Shown here one piece after another: positions 1-19,324 of a stretch of 64,000 bases of DNA (position 1 is its first letter; every line of letters starts with the position of its first letter). A program made the position numbers and the translations under genes. Under the pieces are notes generated by a model, which saw only the letters and a list, made by a program, of their open reading frames with translations, was not told where the DNA came from and searched no databases. Source of the DNA: Asterias rubens (Eukaryota); contig NC_047063.1 of assembly GCF_902459465.1 (NCBI RefSeq), forward strand, positions 9,486,001 to 9,550,000, read 5' to 3'.

Positions 1-469
1 TCGGTTGCGTCGACTAACACAAGAATGAGATTTCTAAAGTCTTTACAGCAGATCTCTCTTGATGCCTTTCAATACGCATGGGCTTGAAAAAGCTTTAAAA
101 TCAAGTTTGTCACTAAGAAGAAGCTTAGAAGTTCTTATAATATGTCTTTAATGGCGCAAAAGGGAATTTTGCACATGTTGCAATGGCATAGCTGAGAAAC
201 CAAAAAGAAGTAAATCATCTGATCATCTGAAAAGGCTCCATGCTGGATTGATGCCTTGTACAATGAATAATGTATAACTTATTTCTCCCAGAACAATAAG
301 CTGTATCAAATTGTGTATCAGAGTATCAGAGCATTCAAGTACCAAGTACCAAATGAGAACTTAATAATAAAGTAATAATAATTTGGGGGGCTAATCATCC
401 TTACTCGCAGCTAAGAGCTAAATTGCGAAGGATGCGGCTATAACATTTTCGAGAAGTAGGCATGCATGC

Positions 470-704
470 CAGGGCACCTTTGGCTGCCAGCCACATCAAC
501 CCATTATGACCACATGACCACGGAGCACAGCCAAAGATCGAAAGTGTTTGATTTTCCCTGAGGGAGAAAAACCGGAGGGTCTGGATAACCCTCATTGTCA
601 GAGATGCAACACACAACTCAACTCACATATATGGCCCTGGCCGGGAATCGAACCGGGGTCACCTTGGTGAGAGGCAAACGCTTTACCACCAAGCCAACCA
701 TGCC
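470..704 (-). mobile_element. tRNA-derived SINE fragment
   Basis: The minus strand has A-box/B-box-like sequence (GGCTTGGTGG..GGTTCGATTCCC) followed by SINE-like body sequence. Confidence 0.6.
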
Positions 705-836
705 ACCCAACAAATACTGGATAAAACTCAGCCAACATTTTTGTTCATGTTACACTGAATGTTACACGTCATACAATGTTTCTTAAAATAGTACTCTTTG
801 CATTCAAACATTTCTGTTGTTTATATAAATACTTAC

Positions 837-6307
<5,471 letters not shown>

Positions 6308-7454
6308 CTCAGCAGCGAGTGTTGGCAGCAGAAACAGTGACAGTTGCAGGTAAAGGATCCAAGAGGTGCAGCAACAACAACAGGATAAAGTTACTCCAGT
6401 AAATTGTGGGCTTCGCCAAACTACAGCTGTGACAAAATGACACCGACAGTGAATTTACTGTATTGAAGCATTTGCCATGTGTCTAGTCTGTGTGTGTTGT
6501 TGATGATGACGACAACTCAAATGCTAACCAATATTCCTGGTGTAAATACCGCCGCTCTGGAGAACGTCTGCTCGTGGATCGATGTCGTCCGTGAAAAAAA
6601 CAACAAGTGAAATGCGTATGTAAAAATACGTCCCGTACTCTCGACTGTTGTTGTTGTATCTGGATCTAGGACGGATGTGTACAGCAAGTAACCCAAATTA
6701 TACCAATTGTAGCCCAATTATATAACGTAGCAATGCAGGTCTTAGCTCGTTTACGCGCCTAATTGGGCTTGAAAGTAGAACGTTATTTTTGGAAAAGGGT
6801 CACTCGCAAAAAAATGATAACAGATTCGATCATAATTTTGGTGGGGATGTAATAAATGTGATGTAAATATTTTTAAGTAGTACTTTAAGTTAGAAACTTA
6901 AATTTAATGTTTTTAGAATTAAGTACATTAGTTCGATTTACAATATAAAAAAATTAAGCAAGAAATGTATGTCCTATAGACTATGGAACATAGATGAATT
7001 AAAGAACGAAAACATTAACACCCAGTTCTGAAATGATCCTGGCTGATTGGAAAAACTATTCACAAGAGGTCGCTCTTCAAAAAACAGGGTCAGTGTGGCA
7101 GCTTGAAGTTTTATATTGCCAAGTATTATGTTTGTCTAGACTGATGACCCCCAAAGTCCACCTACCCACACCTCAACACCACCGCTCGTAGGTGTGAAGT
7201 AACATACTTTGTCCATACTTTTACTTTCACTTATTTCTAATGAAAACAAAGGTTAATAGTGTTAGGAATTTTTTTTCAGACTGTGGGAAGTACAGTGAAA
7301 GTCACTTGGGCCAATTTGACGAGGTACTGAGTTCCAGAGGGTTTTTGAGAAGGAACGATCCCAGCCTTCTTACTTTTGTTTTGAAAATCCATGGGAGTCG
7401 TACAGACCAAAACTACTTAACGGAGCCTATTAACTATACGTATACGTATATCTT

Positions 7455-7575
7455 CTCCAGAAGACGATCAGAGCATACTGATCGAAACGTCGAGTTAATC
7501 CAACGGTTCTTTTCAGAACCACCCCAACTCATTGAGAGATTGTTATTACATGGTGTTACCGCAAACTTTTCTATA
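7455..7575 (+). mobile_element. Penelope-like element terminal repeat with a minimal hammerhead motif
   Basis: Homologous to 63522-63640; hammerhead-like fold at 7455-7494. Confidence 0.65.
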
Positions 7576-9254
7576 TTTATACGTATACATTCAACTGGAG
7601 GATATGTTTTTAGATGGAACCAAGATTTTCGTTTGGTTGATGGAGATCGCATAAAAAAAACTTTAAAAAACATTCGAGACCGAAAAAAAAAAAATCATTT
7701 TAGTTTTTACATGGGCTATAAAACTTAAATGTATGTTATGGGTTCATTCGATTGAGACTAAAAGATAAGAGGCAATGACTACTTGACTTGTTTAAGAACT
7801 CTTTGGGTCATGTTCAGTCTAAGTCGCAGCAAAGATACCATAACCTTTATAGTATCGTTGGTCATAGAGCTCATAGCAACTTTTATAATAGATTTTAATT
7901 GTACGTTGCCAATAGAGGGCGCTATATAAGATAAGTGGTGGTCATGATACTCTACAATGTCTAGACCAACTGCAATTTTATGTACATGTAACGTCTAAAA
8001 TGAAAGTGACAAAAGAGAGAAGAAGTAGGGGAAAGACAATGATAATTTTAATATTTTTAATTTGATCCGGAAAAATTAGAGGGGAAAAAAACCTATGAGG
8101 CGACCAAAAACAGTAAACCAACGTGTGCAAGAGAACTCCTGAATACAAATTAAATTACAAAAATGGACAAGGAATGAAAACATTAATGTCATTAGCTGTG
8201 GCGGCAAGTCCATGATGAAGTGACAGAAACGAAATAAAACTAACGAAGGTTTAAATAAAACAAACATTAGCATTAGAAAAAGGTCACAAAGGTTCAATAT
8301 TGCATCTTTCTAAAAAAAAAAAAAAAAAAAAAAAATGATTAGCAGAGCGCCAACGTCCCGTTATGAAGTAGAATACTTGTCTAGGTAGGTCTCTAGGGGT
8401 CCACTTTGTAAACAAAATACAAGCTGAACAACCTCAAGGATTGTGATGCAAATATTACCCCTTAAGTTCAAAATGTTTTTTTTTGTACAACATTAAAAGT
8501 TATCAAATATTACATCTATCTTTAAACTGGAATTAATCATAGAAAACTGACAAAATTTAGCCTATCTTTGCTAGTTTCTCTTGAAATAGTCTTAATTGTT
8601 ACAAAACCTTTTATAGGCCTACTTTACATAAAATAAAGCACGAATGCACTTATAAATGACCGCAAAATATTGTCCAAAAAGGTAGGCTCATTATACTCCG
8701 ACGTAAGTTGAACTTAATTATTACTGTCTCACTATTATACAACCAAACTCTTTAAATATTCTTTACAGTTCCAATTACTTGAATCTTTTCTTCACCGTAT
8801 GCTTACTCAAAATTATATAACTTGCCCATTAATAGTGAAATACTTGACCCTGTCAATTGCAGCGATTCGTAGATAATAACAAAACATTGCAACCAAATAA
8901 TCTTACATTTGGCCTTCACTTTATTAGTTGTTAATAACATGTTTTTAAATTTTATACAGAGCCCACTTTTTAGACCCCAACATTTTATGCTTACCACAAC
9001 AATTTTGTTGCATATTATTCTCATTCTTCGATTAAATTAATACGCTTTGGCACAAAATGTTTTTCCCCCCATATTTGTTCGAGACTGAGTCTTGATGGTC
9101 CTTTTTTCCACAGCTCTGAATGCTTTTTTGAGACACATTCTTCTTACATCTTCCTTTTATGCTTTGTGGAGACACATTATTCTAAAATCTTCCTTTGATG
9201 CTTGTTGGAGCAATCTTACAACTTCCTTTGATGCTTTTTGGAGACACCTAATTC

Positions 9255-12200
9255 CTACATCTTCCTTGGATAGTCTTCATCCGGTGGAGGAGCAGACGGG
9301 GGTCCCGCAACTCTCCTCGAGGGTGGTGGATATGCTACACTTGGAAAATCGTGAGCGGATGAACTTTGCTTGTCTATCAGCGGTGGAGCCTGGCCTTTGG
9401 ACGCTGGCCGCGGTCTTGGCGAAACTGGTGGCTGATAAGTGGGACTAGGGCGATCATCCATCATCGCAGGGCTGTGCTTGTCTTGCAGGGGTGATGCTTG
9501 CTGATGTTGCTCTGACTCCGAGGACGTAGCAGTGTATGGTGGAGGAGGTGCTGAGCATGACGGCACCATGGGTTCGCAGCGAGGGTCATAAGACTGGTTG
9601 ACCGATCGGGGGACGGGGTGTGGGTAGGGCTGAGTGGGGTAATTGGGAGGGTAATTGGGAGGGTAGTCCTGGTGTGGGTATTGTGGGTACTGCCGAAGCG
9701 GGTATTGCTGTTGATGGGGAGGGTATTGCTGGTTTGGGGGATAAGACTGTGGTGGGTAACTTGATTGGGGTGGGGGTTGTTGTTGAGTAGGTGACCCTGA
9801 AGTCCTTGATCTTGGACCTGACAAAATAAGAGGAAATAAAACAAGTGAAAGTCCATCAAGTGCACTTTTAGAGACCTTTGCTGATGAGAAAACTACACAC
9901 ATATTATTTTGTTTATGGTAAATATAATACATTTACATCACATACAAGTACAGGAACAAAACCTACAACATTGTACATTGTTTTATTCCAATAAAGTTCT
10001 CAAACCAAAACGCTTATAGTACAAAGCCAACTATATTTACAAAGTGAAACCTAAATCTACGGTGCAATCAGTTCAGGCTCAAGAAAAAACTTCCTATAAG
10101 AGATGTTAAGTTTGCATCGGGGATGAAGAATATTATTTTTGGTTTTTACCCATGGTTTTTACATTTTACCCATAGTTGGTAAGACACTGCTCTGGAATTG
10201 CAATGGTCGTGGGTTCGAATCCCACCCGAGTAACATGCCTGTGATATTTTTTTTCACAGGACTCGGGAAAGAACTGAGTAAACAGTGCTTACACACATCG
10301 GTGTATGGGTAAAAACCAAAATTAATAAAAAACTTCCCGTTTAATTATTCATTGCATTTGAGGACACATGTACATGTTAGTATGTCTGATTTGTTCTTCT
10401 TCAAATTTTACAAACCTTCAGGCACTGGTGGGGCCGGCCTTTTCCCCCTTACTCTCATTAAAGTCGCTCTTATACCGTCCCTAGATATTAACCTAGCAGC
10501 TGATCTTGACCTTCCCCGATGAGGGCGGCCTACATGATTTCTGTTCCTGGAACAAAGGCAGCACGGGCAGCAACAACAACAGCAACACAGGATGATGCCG
10601 ATGGCTACCAGAGCGACGGCACCGACGATGGCTCCTACCAATGTGCCGACGCTGTGATTTGAACAGATAAATACAGAATCGTGTTATTGTTAACAATTGA
10701 ATTGAATTGAATCGAATGGTTTATTCGTCAGGTATATAAAAATACATGCAATTGCTCCATGCTACAATCTAGACAGTTTTAAAAGGGGCAATTCCTTCGT
10801 TCAGCTCCGTTGAGTTCTTACCACTTTAAACAATTTTTCTTCTCGTAGCCCCCCCCCCCCCCCCCCCCGTACCAGGAGTGGCTTTAATCCTTATTTGGGG
10901 CGAACTTTGGAAGATAGTCTGTATGTTCTAAGCATGAGCATTATTTTAGAACAATATGGGTTTTCCCAGAGCACACAGACTTTATAGGCCAGAATTTACC
11001 CGGACTCCGGGTCTATGGGGCCTGACCCGTTGCCGTGTCGTCAGACAATGAAGTCTATGCTCTATAAATGGTCAGACTGACACCCAGAAAGTGATTAAAA
11101 TGGAATTTTAATTGGGATTCTGTGTCATTTTGACGATTACCCAGGGTACTTTTGTCACAGATATCGGGTCATAATGAACTAGAAATGGACCCGACACTGG
11201 GTCAATTATTACCAGAGAGTTATTTATATCAACAACCACCCCATAAAAAAAAGGGGGGGGGGTTCTTGAATATATTGTTGACCTGTGAATGTGTTTCTCG
11301 TCGGGAAGTGAATTACTCATTGCTTGGTTCCGCTGTAGACTATGATAAACGAAAAGATTTCATCAATCGAAGGCACAGGGTTCGTTATCGTCATAGCTCC
11401 TACCACCATGACTCAACAAACTATATGATCGTATAGTTCCATTCTGTCTAATTGCATGTCAGATTTAGTCACACTTTTTGCAGAGAATACATCTGTGTTG
11501 ACTAATATGTGCAACAACATTTTGGTTTTCAATTTCCACAATATAACACCTCAGGAACTTGAGCCTAATGGCCTGGACCATTATTTTTGTTGGCCAGTGT
11601 GATCCGGAATCTCACGTGATCAAGAAATGGGTCAAACTGACACAGAAACCCAGCTGAAAAAAAAAATATGTTAACCAGTTTTAGGAACAGTCTGACCCAG
11701 AGTTAAGTCAAAACCGGGTCAATTCTAACCATACAGGTTATCTTCAAGTGCGCTTTAAAAAAACTACTTCTGCAAAAATGATTACCGGCATATTTCATAC
11801 ATTTTTCATTTAAGGATCACAGACTTAGTGTACAGTTTATTATTATATATTGGAAGATTTTGAGGCCGTGATTTGCATATAGGCGTTGTTCTAAACTTGT
11901 GACAAAAAAGATTCCAGTTGAACACCGTTGTCGCGTAGTGCGGACTTGTCCAACAGAACTTCTTTCGCGTAGTGCGGACTTGGTCAACAGAACTTCTTTG
12001 TAATCACTGAGTCGTTTAGTCATAGGATGATATTCTATTTTAAAGCATTTTTTTTGCGCAAAATAGAAAAAGCCTGTGTTGGGCCTATCGATGTACATAA
12101 ACGTGTTCGTGATTAAGTGAATCATCATTATTGATGCCTTTATTACACCCTGACTATTATAAGAAGCCAGCTGTTGTGTTGTAAGCCAAACTTACTTGAC

Positions 12201-15200
12201 CAGAGGGCGTGCGTGAAAGCCTGTTATTTACAGCTCAATATTGAACAAGTCAAAGAGGTAAAGAGAAAACAACTTAATTTTGGTTTTTACCCATACACAA
12301 CGATGTGTGTTAGCACTGTATACTCAGTACTTCCCACGAGTCCTGTGAATAAATATCACAAGCATGTTACTCGGGTGGGATTCGAACCCACGACCCTTGC
12401 AATTCTAGAGCAGTGTCTTACCAACCTGACTACCGAGGTGCCCGGTAGCTAGAATCCTATGTTTTGGCAGCGGGTACCGCAAATATAAGAGATGTTAAAT
12501 AAGTCCTGTGAAAAAATATCACAGGCATGTTACTCGGGTGGGAAACATCTTCATATATTTTTCTTGACAATAAGTATAAAAAATACTAATGTTCCTTTTG
12601 CACACATGCCCATTTACACTATAAAACATGCCTGAGTATCGACCTGGAATCTAGGTCCCATGGGCCTGAACCATTTCCAGGTCAATATGACCCGGAATCA
12701 GCGTCAAACTGACCCAAACTGTGCGAATCTGACGTAGATGATTTAAAATCCCATTGCAATCTGTTTCCGGCTGGGTCTGACCATGGATCAGGTCTCCTTG
12801 ACCCGTAAAACAGGTCATTTCTGACCAGTGAGTTCATAGAGTGCAGATGCCTATAGTGACACTGACCTGTGTGATTATGGACTTAATAATAATCTTTGAG
12901 GAAATGATTGTCCTATGATTATTACTAGAGTTCTATTTTGGTGTCAGGACATGTATTTTCGTCTTTTTAAGACGCTAGATTATGGAGAACAAGCACTGTT
13001 TATAATATGTCCTCATTTAAAATCCAACATTTTTGACGATTGTAAAACACCGGCAACTTTTTGCGTAATGTGATGCACTTGTCATACATGCCGTCTATGA
13101 AAAAATTCAATCTTAATCACAGGGTTTTTAACAACTTGTTCTCTTGGTTAAAAAAAAGTATTTCGTTTAGATATTAAGTCCTATACGACATGACATCGTC
13201 ATCAAAACGTTAAGACAATCCAAGTTGACTCAATTTTATTGAACAAAGTGTATGAACCAAAATGCCCTCACACCAAGAAGAAAGGCGTTATACCACGCGC
13301 GGACTTTACCAAATCTAAACGGAAACAACAACATACCGTGTCAAATTAAATTACTTTGTGCTTTTCTGAGCGAGTGCGGCTTCTCCCAGCATAGACACGA
13401 CACAATACCTTTAATATCCGACTTCCACAAGTGAGTCCAGGGGATCCCTGACTAAATCCGGAAGTGGGGAGAGGGGTTGGGGAGAGCGGAGAGGGAACTG
13501 CATAAGATTAACCATATTTATAACCGAGTTTGAACGTTTTTTTTTAAAGACACATGGACACTATTGTTAATTGTCAAAGACCAGTCTTCTCACTTGGTGT
13601 ATCGAAAAAATATGCATACAATAACAAACCTGTGAAAATTTGAGCTCAATTGGTCGTCGAAGTTGCGAGATAATAATGAAAGAAAAACACCCTTGTCACA
13701 CGAAGTGTGTCAGTGTCTTGATTGCAAGACCTTGAAATCAAGTTCGTGGAAAATACTTCTTTCTCGAATCTACATTACTTCAGAGGGAGGCGTTTCACAC
13801 AATGTTTTATGCCATCAACCTCTCCCCATTACTCGTCACCAAGTAAGGTTTTAAGCGGATAATTAATTTGAGTAATTACCAACAGTGTCCGCTGCCGTTA
13901 ATTATGTTAATCCAAGGGTCCGAGCTCTTCCACGCTTCCCTTTCGTATTGAATGGCCTTCTTTGGCCTTTTTGTCAGTCAAATTTAATTTAAAGATAATG
14001 AGGATGGAAGTAAATAAATCAATTGAGTGCATTGTGTGCCCGGAAGAATGGGTGTGGGCTCTAACAGAGGGACGTAAGCAATAAAATCTGACATAAAGTG
14101 TTGCATTGTTGTTATATTGTTGTGTCTTATAAAGTTATCACTGAAGACATGTGTTCAATTTCTACACGAAATTTAACCAATCAAACTTTTACGCCCAGAT
14201 ACCAAGAAACAATATTGTGTATATTAATTCCTTACTAATCTTCTCCGCATGTACCTTAATTTTTTTTCTTTTTTTTATCTGGCACACGACGGTAAAGGTT
14301 TACATTAAAGGCAGTGGACACTATTGGTAATTGTCAAATACCAGTCTTCTCACTTGGTGTATCTCATCGTATGAAATAACAAACCTGTGAACATTTGAGC
14401 TCAATCGGTCATCGAAGTTGCGAGATAGTAATGAAAGAAAAACACCCTTGTCGCACAAAGTTGTGTGCGTTTAGATGGTTGATTTCGAGACCTCAAGTTC
14501 TAAAAATGTCGGTCTCGAAATCAAAATTCATGGAATTTCGGTCTCGAAATCAAATTCATGGAAAATTACTTCTTTCTTGAAAACTATGGCACTTCAGAGG
14601 GAGCCATTTCTCACAATGTTTTATACTATCAACCTCTCCCCATTACTCGTTACCAAGTCAGGTTTTATGCTAATAATTATTTTGAGTAATTACCGATAGT
14701 GTCCACTGCCTTTAAAAGTACTTATGTATTACTATATACAAACCGCTTATTTAGTGCTTGTAAATCGTTGTTTGTTTTGCCAGGTACAGACATTGTTTCA
14801 GAATAGAAACAAACTTTTGCAAATCAACCAGTCCCAAACGTAAGATCTCGCGCGTATAATTAAAGGCAGTGGAAACTATTGGTAATTGTCAAAGACTAGC
14901 CTTCACAGTTGGTGTATCTCAACATATGCATAAAATAACAAACCTGTGAAAATTTGAGCTCAATCGGTCATCGAACTTGCGAGATAATAATGAAAGAAAA
15001 AAAACACCATTGTCACACGTAGTTGTGTGCGTTTAGATGGTTGATTTCGAGACCTCAAGTTCTAAACCTGAGGTCTCGAAAGCAAATTCGTGGAAAATGT
15101 CTTCTTTCTCGAAAACTATGGCACTTCAGAGGGAGCCGTTTCTCACCATGTTTCGTACCATCAACCTCTCCCAATTACTTGTCACCAAGAAAGGTTTTAT

Positions 15201-17277
15201 GCTAATAAATATTTTGAGTAATTACCAATAGTGTCCACTGCCTTTAACCGTTAAGTCCGGTTCATACTTCCTCTGAATGCGAATGCAACACGAATGTTGA
15301 CGTCACGGGGCTGCTCTTACAGCGAATGTTTCGCATGAATTCAGCACAAGTCAACTGATGCGAATTACTCGTTATTTTGTCGATCTAGTGACGTCACCCG
15401 CATTTACAGAAAGTATGAACCGGGCTTTATACATGTTTAAATACATACACGTACTTTAAAGATCCAATGTCGAGGTCGCCGGGCCTGTCGTCACAGCAGT
15501 ACTTGTTGGTAGGTGATCCACAGCAGTAAGTGGCATCAGGATTCTCCTCGGTACTGGTGCACTGGAACCCAATGTGGTAGTTATTGTTGTCGTCAAAGTA
15601 ACCCTCACAAAACTCAGGTTCAACATCTAAAACAAAGATCAAATTCAGCCAGATTATTTTCAAGTTTATTCACTGTAAAGGAATAATACAGAATTGGTAA
15701 GAAAAAACTTTAGTTATAAGATCACAGATTTACATAAAACTGATGATAATGATAGTAGAAAACATCACATGAAATATTTTTTGTCGGAAATGTCGTTGGA
15801 TCAGAAATAAATAAATTAATCTAATTTCCCGTTTGGAGTTTATCGCTCAGTGGGCGTTTTAGTCTTTTTTGTTTAATTGATGTCAGGTGTGTAGTAGGTT
15901 GTTCACTATTTTCTTGTGACCCAGATGACAAACCCGTCTTAAACTTCTAGAGATTTGTCAGTTTGTATATAGTCGATTACATAAAAGGCTTACACTGCCA
16001 GCAAATGTTTTTGTGAGCAACAACTCTTTCTGTAATGTTCCTTTAAATCTGAACTCGAAATTGACCCTGATCATTACTTCTCCAATGAACCTAACAATTT
16101 CTGGGTCAGTTTGACCCGGAGTCCCTGTCAAAGTAATCGGGAATCAAATGTCTATATTTCAACCAAATTACGGGTTATTAAATTGACACAGATTCCGAGT
16201 CAAATTGACCCAGAAATGGATCAGGTCCCAAGATCCGGGTCAATTCTGATCCAAGATTTTTTTTTTGAGATGTTCAACCCTTTGTTACAATGTCAGCAAC
16301 CAAGTTGTATAGCTAAACTAGTTAATAAGTTATTGTATACCCAATATTGCATTTATTTTGGAGATAAACCTCAATTAAGAATCCCCCTTTAAAAGGCTTG
16401 AAGAGCTGAGTCCACAGTTATTAGATGAACAATACCATCTGTTTCCTCAAGAACTTAAAGGTAGTGGACACTATTGGTAGTTACTCAAAATAATTATTAT
16501 CATAAAACCTTTCTTGGTAACGAGTAATGGGGAGAGGTTGATGGCATAAAACATGGTGAGAAACAGCTCCGTCTGAAGTGACGTAGTTTTCGAGAAAGAG
16601 GAAATTTTCCATTGATTTCGAGACCTCAGATTTAGAATTTGAGGTCTCGAAAGCAAGCATCTGAAAGCACACAACTTCGTGTGACCATGGTGCGACAATG
16701 GTGTTTTTCTTTCATTAATATCTCGCAACTTCGACGACCGATTGAGCTCAAATTTTCACAGGCCATTACCAATAGTGTCCGTGTCTTTAAGAAGTTATAA
16801 CGACTCCTTTGATAACAATTTCCACAGGTTTATAACCAAGCTCATTTCTATGATACTCCAAACCAACTGTTGCACATTTTCTTCAAAGGCAATACAAAAC
16901 AGAAGAGACAGGTATACAAGCCTATAGTAAATGACACACATTATTAAAAACTTTAGTCTGGGCAAGAATAAAACTTGTCCGCATTAGTCTCAAAAGACTT
17001 AATGAAAACAACCCTGAGACATAACTTTTAATTATCCATTTAATAATTTTGATTCTGTAGTCTGAAATTGAACAGACAGATGATGTGCCAATTCTAATCA
17101 TGTATTGTACTCCGTTCATTATACAGAGACAAAAACATTGCGCATTACTTTCTTGAAAGTTGACTTATAATACTCACTGGTTGATGGGACTAAGAATTCC
17201 GGTTCTTCAGCAATGCTCGTCGAAAATGCAGCAAACAGTGTCAAAACACCCCAAATTCCTCTCCATGAACCATCCAT
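9255..17277 (-). CDS. Shisa-like single-pass membrane protein (~356 aa)
   Basis: Exons 17277-17178 (signal peptide MDGSWRGIWGVLTLFAAFSTSIA), 15626-15455 (Cys domain FCEGYFD..GFQC..TYCCGSPTNKYCC), 10651-10416 (TM plus Cys run) and 9817-9255 (Pro/Gln/Tyr-rich tail). Phases 1/2/1 join into one open frame. Confidence 0.85.
10168..10326 (+). mobile_element. tRNA-derived SINE (second copy on the minus strand at ~12275-12480)
   Basis: TAGTTGGTAAGA..GGTTCGAATCCCAC head plus a shared body in both copies. Confidence 0.7.
13548..16786. mobile_element. Four Kolobok-like MITEs (13548-13897, 14309-14711, 14864-15243, 16459-16786) in Shisa introns
   Basis: Each is flanked by TTAA, has AG.. termini with matching TIRs and shares the family interior. 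Confidence 0.8.
15253..15428. mobile_element. Small MITE
   Basis: Inverted ends AAGTCCGGTTCATACTT / AAGTATGAACCGGGCTT. Confidence 0.6.
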
Positions 17278-17840
17278 TGTACATTCCACTGGCACAGCAA
17301 AGCTTTATTCTTTGTAATCTTAAAACATAATACTAGAAAGATTCATTCCAAATTAAGACCGCCATGAGTATGTCTGCAGTGGCCGTGGTATATAGTTCAT
17401 GGATTCGTAGGTTCGAAGCTATAGAAAAAAACACCTGCGGAGGAATACTCAGCAATGTTTCCGTGACGTCAGTAGGGGAAAAGGTAGCCTGGGTTAAGCA
17501 AGCTCCATGCCAATGAACTACCTCTTCCAAACAGCCTAGCTAATTTGGAAAAGGAAAGGGTATGGTCCAGGCAAGACTTTTTGGGGTGAGTCTACATAAG
17601 CCAAGCAATGAGTAATACTCGTGTGTCATAAACTATAGCAGAACTGAATTGTATGGCAATACAGCAGTCTGTTCCTAATTGAACAGTTCCTCTAACGTCA
17701 TCTCGGAGACATAAAGCCATTTAAAACAGTTTGGCATAGTTATTGGTGATCTTTATTCATTGCATATTCGTGTATTAATTGCATATTCTAAAACTTTAAC
17801 TTCTTCATGCGCTTTGAGCACCTTTTTAGGTGGATACATG

Positions 17841-18090
17841 NNNNNNNNNNNNNNNNNNNNNNNNNNNNNNNNNNNNNNNNNNNNNNNNNNNNNNNNNNNN
17901 NNNNNNNNNNNNNNNNNNNNNNNNNNNNNNNNNNNNNNNNNNNNNNNNNNNNNNNNNNNNNNNNNNNNNNNNNNNNNNNNNNNNNNNNNNNNNNNNNNNN
18001 NNNNNNNNNNNNNNNNNNNNNNNNNNNNNNNNNNNNNNNNNNNNNNNNNNNNNNNNNNNNNNNNNNNNNNNNNNNNNNNNNNNNNNNNNN
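17841..18090. other. Assembly gap (250 N); a second gap lies at 18675-18810 (136 N)
   Basis: Runs of N. Confidence 1.
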
Positions 18091-18913
18091 NATTTATCTT
18101 AATTTGTTCTAGCTATAGTGAAGTGATTAAGTTCACTTTTCTGAGAGTCATTGCCTTCACAACCAGAATCAATAAGTGGAATTAGTGTCAGTGTTTTATT
18201 TGATCGAGTGACAGCTTTAAAGTATGAAGCAGGAAAATACCGCGGGTTCTCTGCCCCTATATACCCAGCCCAATGCACCCTATTGAAAACAACTTGTCAC
18301 TTTTTCTTACACACAAACACTGCAACCAAGTTTATCATCAGCTGCCCCATATAGCAATTCGGGGGGTAGTGCTCTACCGGCCAGGCTTCGGACTGATGAG
18401 ATACCCAAGCCTACATCCGTATGTACTGTAAAAGGGGTAACCCTGTTTCAGACCTAAGAGAAGGTGGCAACGGTCTCTGGACAACACATAATTGTAGCCC
18501 ATATTTTGAAGTGTCCTTCAGACCTTGTGTGTCTGGCGACTTGCATTAAAAAAACCTAATAATCTTGAGTAAAAATAGTTGTATTTATTTATGCTAATAT
18601 TTTGTGTGATTATTGTATTATAATGTTTTAATAAGAATATAATTAGAGCGCCGACAACGAAAACACTGACAACGNNNNNNNNNNNNNNNNNNNNNNNNNN
18701 NNNNNNNNNNNNNNNNNNNNNNNNNNNNNNNNNNNNNNNNNNNNNNNNNNNNNNNNNNNNNNNNNNNNNNNNNNNNNNNNNNNNNNNNNNNNNNNNNNNN
18801 NNNNNNNNNNNATCAACATTAGCAAAAGCATATAGCAAGATCATCAGCAGCGGCGATCAGAACGTAGAGGGTGTCAACCAGTAGACAGCTCAAACTGAAA
18901 CTCATTCGTTTAA

Positions 18914-19273
18914 AGGGAAGGTACACGTTTGGTAATTACTCAAAGAAATATTAACTTAAAAACTGACTCGGTAACGAGCATTGGAGAGCTGTTGATAGTA
19001 TAAAACATTGTGGGAAACGACTCCCTCTGAAGTAACATAGTTTTTGAGAAAGAGGCAATTTCTTACTAAAATAATAAAAGACTTCTAGCTAGGAGTCTTT
19101 TATTTTTATCTAAAAACACACAAATTCGTCCAACAAGGGTAATTTTTCTTTCATCATTTTCTTGTAACTTCGATGACCGATTGAGCCCAAATTTTCACAG
19201 GCTTATTGCTTATGATGGGATACACCAAGTGAGAAGACTGGTCTTTGGCAATAACCACACGTGTACCTTCCCT
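18914..19273. mobile_element. Kolobok-like MITE family B
   Basis: TTAA|AGGGAAGGTACACG..CGTGTACCTTCCCT|TTAA, about 50 bp past the TLR1 stop. Confidence 0.8.
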
Positions 19274-19324
19274 TTAATATAAAATAGGCTGGCAAAAAAG
19301 CGGAACAAATTGAATTATTTCACG

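Noticed and set aside
1-836. Next CaMKI exon (xxGGELFDRI)
   Set aside because: Not found by eye; presumably beyond the window edge.
7240-7728. 162-aa ORF
   Set aside because: Non-ATG start, no recognisable domain, and it runs across a repeat.
14395-15231. Recurring ORFs (MVDFETSSS.., FRWLISRPQ..) suggesting a small gene family
   Set aside because: They are readings of MITE interiors, with variable frames and stops between copies.
18385-18420. CTGATGAG as a hammerhead core
   Set aside because: No stem II-GAAA follows; the context looks like a SINE fragment.
18518-18844. Hydrophobic ORF spanning the N gap as a Shisa first exon
   Set aside because: The frame depends on Ns, and a clean signal-peptide exon exists at 17277-17178.
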